Assembly (NCBI GenBank): GCA_964423595.1
Contig: CAYRFI010000010.1
Location: forward strand, 738 to 64,737
Source of the DNA: an uncultured Thermoanaerobaculia bacterium
Lineage (GTDB): Bacteria; Acidobacteriota; Thermoanaerobaculia; Thermoanaerobaculales; Sulfomarinibacteraceae
Length of the DNA: 64,000 nucleotides
Reading direction: 5' to 3'
A program made the translations under genes and the position numbers. The notes below the pieces were generated by a model. That model was not told the DNA's origin. It saw only the letters and a list, made by a program, of their open reading frames with translations, and did not search any database. Positions 1 through 7,142 of this stretch are shown here, piece after piece (position 1 is the first letter of the stretch; every line of letters begins with the position of its first letter).

Positions 1-1260
1 GACGGCGCCAGGTTCGGCTTGATGATGCCGGGCACCGCGAAGGTCGGAGCACGGTTCTATCAGGAGCTCGCCCCGAATGTCGCCATGGACCGTGCCGAGA
101 TCGTCGCAGTGGACTCAGAGGTCAGTGTTCCGGCCGGGACGTTCACGAACTGTGTCCAGGTCAAGGAAACGAGCCCGCTCGAGAACGGGAGCAGCCGGAA
201 GATCTACGCCCCGGGTGTCGGTCTCATCCAGGACGACGAGTTCATTCTCGCCAGGATCGAGGCCGCGCCGACGCGGGACGCTGCTCCGCAGACCGGATTC
301 GATGCCACGTCCATCGCCCTGCCGGGGGCGCCTCCGGAGGGCATCCTGCTCGACTACCTGGTGGTGGACCACGCGCGGCACCGCGTTTGGGTGCCCGCGG
401 GTGGGACCGGCAGCACGGACGTGATCGACACGCAGACCCTCGACCTGCGACGCGTCGAGAACTTCCCGACGGCGGAGGTCGAGCGCAGGGGGGCGAAGCG
501 CAGGGTCGGCCCGAGCTCCGCGACGGTCGGGGACGGGGTCGTCTACGTGGGGAATCGCGGGGATTCGAGCGTCTGCGCCGTGGACGCGGAGACACTCGTG
601 AGAGGCGCCTGCGTCACCCTACCCTCAATGCCTGATGGTGTGGCGTTCGTGGCGAGCTCGAAGGAGGTCTGGGTCACGACTCCGCGCGATCAGTCGATCG
701 TGATTCTCGATGTCTCGGACCCGACGGCGCCCAAGATCGCGGGTCGCATCGAGTTCGAAGGCGACCCCGAGGGTTATGCCGTCGACAATGCGCGCGGGTT
801 CTTTTACACCAATCTCGAGGACAAGGACCGAACGCTTCGGATCGATGTCTCGACCCGCGCAGTGACGGCGACGTGGATGCCCGAGTGCGGAGACGCCGGT
901 CCGAGGTGCCTCCTGATCGATCCCTCGGGACAGCTGCTTGTCGTTGCGTGCACTGACCACGTGGAGGTCCTCGACGCGGGCAATGACGGTGCGATCCTCT
1001 CAAAGCTCGAGACCGGCGGCGGCGTGGACAGCTTTGACTATCTCCCCGCGCGACGCTCACTCTACGTGGCCGCGGCGCACGCCGCGACGCTCACGGTCGC
1101 GCACCTCGATGAGAGCGGAGGGCTCAAGAGCACTGCGGTGATCCCGACGGCCCTCGGCGCGCGGAACGCCGTCGTCACGGCCGACGGGAACGTATTCATA
1201 GCGGTCGGACCCGAGGGGAGGATCCTTCGAATAGGTCCCTCGAGCGTGCAAAGTCCGTAG
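1..1260 (+). CDS. beta-propeller repeat protein (YVTN/lactonase-like); 5' end outside window
   Basis: Frame 1 is open from nt 1 with no upstream stop; stop TAG at 1258-1260 (track ORF 19..1260). The C-terminal two thirds consist of recurring short beta-blade units (HRVWVPAGGTGSTDVID, GVVYVGNRGDSSVCAVD, KEVWVTTPRDQSIVILD, GFFYTNLEDKDRTLRID, GQLLVVACTDHVEVLD, GNVFIAVGPEGRILRI). Confidence 0.6.
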   Translation, partial: DGARFGLMMPGTAKVGARFYQELAPNVAMDRAEIVAVDSEVSVPAGTFTNCVQVKETSPLENGSSRKIYAPGVGLIQDDEFILARIEAAPTRDAAPQTGFDATSIALPGAPPEGILLDYLVVDHARHRVWVPAGGTGSTDVIDTQTLDLRRVENFPTAEVERRGAKRRVGPSSATVGDGVVYVGNRGDSSVCAVDAETLVRGACVTLPSMPDGVAFVASSKEVWVTTPRDQSIVILDVSDPTAPKIAGRIEFEGDPEGYAVDNARGFFYTNLEDKDRTLRIDVSTRAVTATWMPECGDAGPRCLLIDPSGQLLVVACTDHVEVLDAGNDGAILSKLETGGGVDSFDYLPARRSLYVAAAHAATLTVAHLDESGGLKSTAVIPTALGARNAVVTADGNVFIAVGPEGRILRIGPSSVQSP

Positions 1261-1515
1261 CTCGAAGTTACCTGCTCCGACCTTGCCGAAAGGCGTGGGT
1301 GGAAAGGCAGCGTGGGTGCCGTGGGCACGTGGGTGCCACGTACCGCATTGTTGCATTGTGAGCCTGCGTTTTCATATGGCACCCTTGAACCTCAACGATA
1401 CAGCGACGGGGTACGTGGCACCCCTTGCGGATTACAACGCATCCATGCGAAAAGTGGCAGTCAAGAGGAATAGCGACAACCCAGACTGCATTAGAAAAGG
1501 GGGGGATGTACCCAA

Positions 1516-4206
1516 GTGACCGAAGGCAACAATAGCGGCCGGCAGCGAACCGCGGGTTCACCACCCGATGCCCCGACCGATTTGATCGGCTCCAGCTTCG
1601 GCCAATACCGAATCAAGGAGCTGCTTGGGGCCGGTGGGATGGGCGAGGTCTGGCGGGCCGAGGACACCCGCCTCGGTCGCGACGTGGCGCTCAAGATGCT
1701 GCCCGAGCAGGTCGCGGAGGACGCCGACCGGATGGCGCGCTTCAACCGTGAAGCCAAGGTTTTGGCGAGCCTTAACCATCCAAACATCGCGGTCCTGTAC
1801 GGACTCGAGCACATGCAGCGATCTGCACCGTCCGACCCGACGGACGCCGCTGCCGTCGGCGAGGGGGACGCGCGACCGGTCCACGTCCTGGTCATGGAAC
1901 TGATCGAGGGGGAGTGCCTCGACGAGCTCGTCGCGCGGGGAGCATTGCGTTTCGACGATGCGATGGCGATCGCCCTGCAGGTCGCCGAGGGGCTGCAAGC
2001 GGCCCACGAGTGCGGCATCGTCCACCGCGACCTCAAGCCCGCCAATATCAAGGTCCGCCCCGACGGCACGGTCAAGATCCTTGACTTCGGCCTCGCCACG
2101 ACCCGCACAAAGGAAAGTGCGGACGACAGCCAGTCGCAGTCCCCGACCATGACCCAGCGCCACACGGCGCTGGGGACGATCCTCGGCACCGTCGCCTACA
2201 TGAGCCCCGAGCAGGCCCGCGGCAGGCCGGTGGACCAGCGCGCCGACATCTGGGCGTTCGGCTGTCTTCTGTACGAGCTGCTCACGGCCGTCAAGGCATT
2301 CCGGGGAGAAACCTCGTCGGACATCATGGCCGCGGTACTCAAGGATGAGCCGGAGTGGGGCAAGCTGCCGGCTGACCTCGAACCGGTGGCTGTCCATGTG
2401 TTGCGCCGTTGCCTGACCAAGGACCCGGCGCGGCGTTTTCACCATGTCGCCGACGTGCGCATCGAGCTGGAGGAGGCGATGGCCGCGGCCGTACCGCGTC
2501 GCAAGGCGCGGCGCCGGAGGCCGGCGGCATCGTGGCTGTGGTTGATCGGGGCGACAGCTGCTGCGGTCACCACGATTGCCGTCGCGACGAGCATCCGGTC
2601 GCCTGAGACGTCGCTGCCAACCTTCCACGCGCTGAGCTTCCGTAGCGGCCGGATCGCGAGCGCTCGTTTCGCCCCGGACGGGACGACCGTGGTTTTCGGA
2701 GCGTCCACCCGGGATCGGCCGTTGGCACTGCTGTCGACGAGGACGGACAGTATCGAGTCGAGACCACTGGAACTCCCGCCGGCGGACATTCTCGGCATCT
2801 CCCGCAACGGTCACATGGCGGTGCTCCTCGACCGTCACAACGAGGGGTCGTGGGTCAGCGTCGGCACCCTGGCCGCCGCTGATCTCGCTGGAGGCGCTCC
2901 CCGCCCAATTATCGAGCGCGTAAACGACGGCGACATCTCCGACGACGGGAACCAGATGGCAGTTGCCCGTGAGGTCGGCCAAACACAGCGCCTGGAGTAT
3001 CCATTGGGACATGTGCTCTTCGAGACCCACGGCTGGATCAGCCACGTGCGCATCGCGCCCGACGGAGAACGGGTTGCCTTCCTGCACCACCCCGTCTACG
3101 GGGATGATCGTGGGCTCGTGGCCATGGTGGACGCCGACGGCACGCTTTCCGAGCTCACCGAGGAGCTGTCCGATAGTCTGCAGGGCCTCGCTTGGTCCCC
3201 GGACGGGGGCTCGATCTGGTTCTCGGCCTTCGTGTTCGGCGAGGGCGGGGTGCTCTGGAGCGTGCGCCCCGGTGCCAAGCGGGTGGAGCGGCTGCGCTCG
3301 CCCATCAGCATCCGCCTGCAGGACATTGCCACGGACGGCCGGGCGCTGATCGTCGCCGGTGATACACGAGCCGAGATCGCAGGGCTCCTCGCCGGCCAGA
3401 CCGAAGAGCGACGATATGAGGGCTGGAACGATGACTCCATCGGCGGCCTGGACGCCGACGGCACAATCTTCGCAGGCAACATGCAGGTGGCGACCGTCGA
3501 CGGCGAGTACGCGGCCTTCACGAGGCGCGCCGACGGATCGCCGCCTGTCAGGCTGGGGTACGGGGACGTGTTCGGCATGAGTCCGGACGGGAGGTGGGTG
3601 TTCACACGGAAGATGACCGGCGACAAGGGCAGGCTGACCCTGCTCCCCACCGGACCGGGCGAGCCGCGGGTCATCGAACTGGGAGGCGGCGTCCGCCCCG
3701 ACGATTCGGGGTCGGCCATGCTCACCTGCGCGCTGGACAGGCGGCGCGCGGCGTTCTTGGGCTTCGTTGATGGAGACGGACCACGGATCTTTGTGATTGA
3801 CCTGGACGACGGGACGTTGACGCCGGTCGGCCCCATTGGGACCAATGAGGCTGTCATCTCCCCGGACGGCTCGCGGGTGGCCGCGTTCGCGCCGGACGGG
3901 GTCGTCACCATCTATCCGGTTACGGAGGGCACACCGCTGACGGTGCCGGAAGTCGGCCCCGGCGAGCAGCCGGTCCAGTGGACCCGGGATGGACGCTCCC
4001 TCCTGGTGTGGGACCGCGCCTTTCCGGCACGTATTTACCGCGTCGGCATCGACGATGGCTCGCGTACGCTGGAACTCGAGATCATGCCGACGGACCCTGC
4101 CGGGGTTCTCTACGGCCAGCTCCTCCTGACCCCCGGCGGCGACCACTACGTGTACCGCTACCGCCGTGATTCCAGTACTCTCTTCCTGGTAGAGGGCATT
4201 CGCTGA
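1516..4206 (+). CDS. Ser/Thr protein kinase with transmembrane helix and C-terminal TolB/PD40-like beta-propeller
   Basis: GTG start follows a G-rich purine run. Hanks kinase motifs are present: GAGGMGEVW, VALK, HRDLKPANI, DFGLA, SPEQ. TM segment WLWLIGATAAAVTTIAVATSI. About 540 aa of tail carry repeated (A/S)PDG blade motifs. Confidence 0.9.
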   Translation: MTEGNNSGRQRTAGSPPDAPTDLIGSSFGQYRIKELLGAGGMGEVWRAEDTRLGRDVALKMLPEQVAEDADRMARFNREAKVLASLNHPNIAVLYGLEHMQRSAPSDPTDAAAVGEGDARPVHVLVMELIEGECLDELVARGALRFDDAMAIALQVAEGLQAAHECGIVHRDLKPANIKVRPDGTVKILDFGLATTRTKESADDSQSQSPTMTQRHTALGTILGTVAYMSPEQARGRPVDQRADIWAFGCLLYELLTAVKAFRGETSSDIMAAVLKDEPEWGKLPADLEPVAVHVLRRCLTKDPARRFHHVADVRIELEEAMAAAVPRRKARRRRPAASWLWLIGATAAAVTTIAVATSIRSPETSLPTFHALSFRSGRIASARFAPDGTTVVFGASTRDRPLALLSTRTDSIESRPLELPPADILGISRNGHMAVLLDRHNEGSWVSVGTLAAADLAGGAPRPIIERVNDGDISDDGNQMAVAREVGQTQRLEYPLGHVLFETHGWISHVRIAPDGERVAFLHHPVYGDDRGLVAMVDADGTLSELTEELSDSLQGLAWSPDGGSIWFSAFVFGEGGVLWSVRPGAKRVERLRSPISIRLQDIATDGRALIVAGDTRAEIAGLLAGQTEERRYEGWNDDSIGGLDADGTIFAGNMQVATVDGEYAAFTRRADGSPPVRLGYGDVFGMSPDGRWVFTRKMTGDKGRLTLLPTGPGEPRVIELGGGVRPDDSGSAMLTCALDRRRAAFLGFVDGDGPRIFVIDLDDGTLTPVGPIGTNEAVISPDGSRVAAFAPDGVVTIYPVTEGTPLTVPEVGPGEQPVQWTRDGRSLLVWDRAFPARIYRVGIDDGSRTLELEIMPTDPAGVLYGQLLLTPGGDHYVYRYRRDSSTLFLVEGIR

Positions 4207-4238
4207 ATCATTCGTGTCGGCGCCAGGCACCTTTACCC

Positions 4239-4420
4239 TAACCCGCATATCTCACCAACTTCCTGCTGTGGGCGCCGATGCACCGCACCCAGCGGTGTTT
4301 TCTCGCCTCGGGGTGCTCCACGTACTGTTGAGTACGAGTCCGCGCCCCTCAGGTCGCAAACCCCACTGGGCACGGCACCTCGTCGCCCTCGCGATGAAAC
4401 CCGGTGAGATATGCGGGCTA
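4239..4420 (+). repeat. foldback intergenic repeat, complete copy A (182 bp, MITE-like)
   Basis: Ends are TAACCCGCATATCTCACC ... GGTGAGATATGCGGGCTA (18-nt inverted termini, 1 mismatch). The arms stay complementary down to the tip hairpin CGTACT-GTTG-AGTACG (4321-4336). Lies between convergent genes. Confidence 0.9.
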
Positions 4421-4461
4421 ATGGCGCCGCTTCTCCTGGCGCCGCGCGCGAACGGTCTGTG

Positions 4462-5370
4462 TCAGCGGAGACTCAGGAGGTACTCGGAGATCGCCCGGAG
4501 GTCGTCCTCCGGGAGCTGGGCCAGGTTCATCTGGATCTTGGCCATGCCACCGCTCGAGAGCTTGTCGTAGCCGAGCGTCTCGCCGAATCGCAGCGCGAGC
4601 GTGAGATCCGCGACATCGGCATACCGCCCCCGGCCGACCAGGTCCCGAAGACTCGGGACGTGCCCCTCACCGCTCGGGTGCGGTCCGCCTTCCAGCGGGC
4701 GAGTGTTGTCGAGAATCATGAAGGCGTTGCGGGGGGTGTGGCACTCGCCGCAGTGACCCGGTCCCTGCACCAGGTACGCGCCGCGGTTCCATGCCGCGTC
4801 CCGGGCCGGGTCGGGCTCGAACGTCCGCGCCCGGAATGCGAAGCGTTTCCAAAGTCCCATGGCGCGCCTCGCGAGCCAGACCATGGGCACGTCGGCGTCG
4901 CGCTGCGAGGACCGCACCGGCGGGAAGCTCATGAGGTAGGCGCGAAGGTCGAGCAGATCTTCGATACGCATGTTGCGGTACGAGGTATAGGGAAATGCCG
5001 GAAAGTAGTGACGGTGACCCGGCGAGACGCCTTCGGTCATCGCGTCGACGAACTCCTCCGCCGTCCAGCGACCGAGTCCGGTGTCGGGGTCAGGGGTGAG
5101 ATCCCCCGGATAAATCGTCCCGAACGGCGTCGAAAAAGGCGCTCCGCCGGTCGGAAGTCCCGGGTTATCCGTCCCGGAAGGGGGGTTGTGACACGCCATA
5201 CACCCCCCGGCATGAAACAACACCTCGCCGTTGGCCAGGTCTGGGGTGTGCGTCGGCAGGGCCCGACCGCTCGGACGGGCCGCGGTCAGGACGAAGAAAA
5301 CCACGGCGACGAGCACCGCACAGAGCGCCGAAGCCGCCGCGATCCACCTCGCGCGAGACGGGTGCCTCAC
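4462..5370 (-). CDS. dihaem c-type cytochrome
   Basis: Two CxxCH motifs (CMACH, CGECH). N-terminal signal/TM AAASALCAVLVAVVFFVLTAA. The GTG start overlaps the upstream gene's stop (GTGA), suggesting translational coupling. Confidence 0.85.
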   Translation of the reverse strand: MRHPSRARWIAAASALCAVLVAVVFFVLTAARPSGRALPTHTPDLANGEVLFHAGGCMACHNPPSGTDNPGLPTGGAPFSTPFGTIYPGDLTPDPDTGLGRWTAEEFVDAMTEGVSPGHRHYFPAFPYTSYRNMRIEDLLDLRAYLMSFPPVRSSQRDADVPMVWLARRAMGLWKRFAFRARTFEPDPARDAAWNRGAYLVQGPGHCGECHTPRNAFMILDNTRPLEGGPHPSGEGHVPSLRDLVGRGRYADVADLTLALRFGETLGYDKLSSGGMAKIQMNLAQLPEDDLRAISEYLLSLR

Positions 5371-5828
5371 TGTTTCGGGCGGCGATAGGTGTCGTGACAG
5401 GTCTTGCAGCCGTTACCGAGCGCTCCGAGAGCAGGCCCGAAGGCGGCCTCGTCCGTGACGGACTGCATCGCGACCGCTGCTGCTGTGGCAGCTTCGAGAT
5501 CCTTTTGGAAGTTCTCATGGTCGGACCAGATCTCCGCCTTCGCCCACGTCTCGACGTCACCCGTGTCGCTGCCGTCCGGAAACAGACCAGCTGCCGTGTC
5601 CAGGCGGTTCGCGATTGTCTCCGCGCTGGCCTTGACGACGTCGGCATCGAACGGGGCCTGTTGCTTGGCGATCGCCCCGAGAGCCTTCATTGCCTTTCCG
5701 ATGTCCTCCATCGCCTGCTGTCGCTCTTTGATGGCCTTCGTTCCTGTTGCAGCCGCCAGGGTGATCGAGGCCACCGCCGCGACCACCGCGAGCGCGGTCA
5801 GCACCATCCTGATCTTCGTACCTTTCAT
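5367..5828 (-). CDS. class II cytochrome c (cytochrome c'/c556-like)
   Basis: ATG at 5828 gives the signal peptide MKGTKIRMVLTALAVVAAVASITLAAA after a purine-rich stretch. Small helical protein with a single CKTCH haem motif a few residues from the C-terminus. The track ORF extends to 5882, but that extension precedes the signal peptide. Confidence 0.8.
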   Translation of the reverse strand: MKGTKIRMVLTALAVVAAVASITLAAATGTKAIKERQQAMEDIGKAMKALGAIAKQQAPFDADVVKASAETIANRLDTAAGLFPDGSDTGDVETWAKAEIWSDHENFQKDLEAATAAAVAMQSVTDEAAFGPALGALGNGCKTCHDTYRRPKQ

Positions 5829-6084
5829 CTCCGTTCCCCTTTCCCGGGTCCTGGACCAATCGATGATTTCGAATCTCAGCAAGAACGATAACCGTTGACA
5901 CGTTGCGAATCAACGGTCACCGGTTCGAGTTCGTTCATCAGTCCCGGAGACACAATCAATCTGTACCCGGCATTCATTCCATTTCTTCGCACCCAAAGGC
6001 ACCTGGCCTGTTTCGGTATCATGGTACGTGGCCACGAGACCTTCTGGTTCTCGGTCGCCTGCTACCCGCGTGAGAGGGGAACTC

Positions 6085-6597
6085 ATGAACGAGCGCGAAC
6101 AGTACCCAGAGTCTGAAGAGGCGCCGGTTTCTGACCAGGATATCGAAAACGCGATCCAGGATGCCGCCGAGCAGGTGGAACAGGAAAAGGCAGCTCATCA
6201 GCAAGTGGTTGCCGACGGGGAGCGTCGCCCGAGGCGACCCCTCGACTCGCCGGTATTGGCGGCGATACTCCTGATCGCAGCCGGCGTGCTGACGGCGCTG
6301 AACCTGAGCGGCCGGCTTCCTTTCACCCAGCGAGCGAGCGACGTCGACGCGCAGGATTTGGGGCGGATGCTGGAGCTGCAGCTCTATCTCGTGGTCGAGG
6401 ATATCGAGGACTTCCGCGACGAGTTCGGCCGGTTTCCGGAGACCCTCGAGGAGATCGACATGTCGGTCGACGACGGCGTCGAGTACTCGGTGATGAGTGA
6501 ATCGGTGTACCGCGTTGCGGTCTTTTACGGTGACCTGCGTTTCGAACACGAATCCACCCCGACGGCCGATGGGGAGGAAGCGACGGAGGAGCCATGA
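6085..6597 (+). CDS. hypothetical membrane-anchored protein (acidic N-terminus, one TM, pilin-like C-terminal region)
   Basis: ATG at 6085 (MNEREQY...). TM segment VLAAILLIAAGVLTALNL. Its stop overlaps the start of the next gene (ATGA at 6594-6597). No recognisable catalytic motif. Confidence 0.5.
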   Translation: MNEREQYPESEEAPVSDQDIENAIQDAAEQVEQEKAAHQQVVADGERRPRRPLDSPVLAAILLIAAGVLTALNLSGRLPFTQRASDVDAQDLGRMLELQLYLVVEDIEDFRDEFGRFPETLEEIDMSVDDGVEYSVMSESVYRVAVFYGDLRFEHESTPTADGEEATEEP

Positions 6598-7085
6598 AAC
6601 GTGCGTTCGAGAGTACGCCGCGAGGTGCGGAAGGCGGCTTTACGCTGGTCGAGGTTCTTGTCGTGGTCGCGATTTTGGGGATTCTGGTCAACATCGCCGT
6701 TCCGAGGTACATGGAAGCACGTCAACGGGCTATCGCCGCCACCGTGGTCGGAGATTACCACCTGCTCCATCAGGCGGTCTACGAGTATTACGGTGACCAC
6801 GGCGAGTTCCCCCGCAACCGCGGTCGCGGGCGGGAACCTCTCGAGCTCAGACCTTACCTTGGGCAGAAGATCCGATGGCAGCAGCGCGACCTGGCGTACC
6901 AGTGGGAGAACTGGGTACGAAAAGACGGCACGCCCAAGCGCCGAAAGACAGGCGTCCTCTATGGTTTTTCCGTGTTCACCGATGACGAGTCCCTGATGTC
7001 CGCCATCGAAAAGGTCTACACGGGTCCAACGACGCGAATCGGGAAGAACCGGATTACATTTGTCATCGAGCCCATCGCGGATTAG
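6594..7085 (+). CDS. prepilin-type N-terminal cleavage/methylation domain protein (type IV pilin / T2SS pseudopilin-like)
   Basis: Classic class III signal: short basic leader, then G/FTLVEVLVVVAILGILVNIAVP. Translationally coupled to the upstream ORF. Confidence 0.8.
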   Translation: MKRAFESTPRGAEGGFTLVEVLVVVAILGILVNIAVPRYMEARQRAIAATVVGDYHLLHQAVYEYYGDHGEFPRNRGRGREPLELRPYLGQKIRWQQRDLAYQWENWVRKDGTPKRRKTGVLYGFSVFTDDESLMSAIEKVYTGPTTRIGKNRITFVIEPIAD

Positions 7086-7142
7086 GACCTCGAGTCGTGT
7101 CGGACGCCGATGCCGCGGCTCGGCTGCGTTGAGCTGACACCC

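Noticed and set aside
1321-1424. TGGCAC-type motifs upstream of the Ser/Thr kinase as sigma-54 promoters.
   Set aside because: None combines a proper -24 with a TTGC-like -12 at GG-N10-GC spacing. TGGCACCCCTTGC is 2 nt too short. TGGGCACGTGGGTGCC matches only the GG and GC dinucleotides.
1558-4248. Very long ORFs antisense to, or out of frame with, called genes. Examples: 1558..4248(-) 896 aa, 33007..35061(-) 684 aa, 27362..29317(-) 651 aa, 43132..44961(+) 609 aa, 56220..57863(+) 547 aa, 35977..37332(+) 451 aa, 61157..62392(-) 411 aa, 48238..49335(-) 365 aa, 39426..40466(+) 346 aa.
   Set aside because: These are typical high-GC shadow ORFs. Their translations are Arg/Pro/Gly/Ala/His-rich low-complexity strings with no recognisable motifs. 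The opposite or alternative frame in each case encodes a protein with clear family signatures.
4214-4570. Apparently 'conserved' small peptides inside the repeats, such as ...PHWARHLVALAMKPGEICGL / ...PHWARHLAALATKPGEICGL (ORFs 4214..4570, 30534..31103, 30470..31018, 29291..30454).
   Set aside because: The similarity is only a translation of the repeated DNA. Reading frames, starts and stops are not conserved between copies (copy E shifts frame; copies B, C, D, F and H lack the ORF). The elements are better explained as non-coding hairpins.
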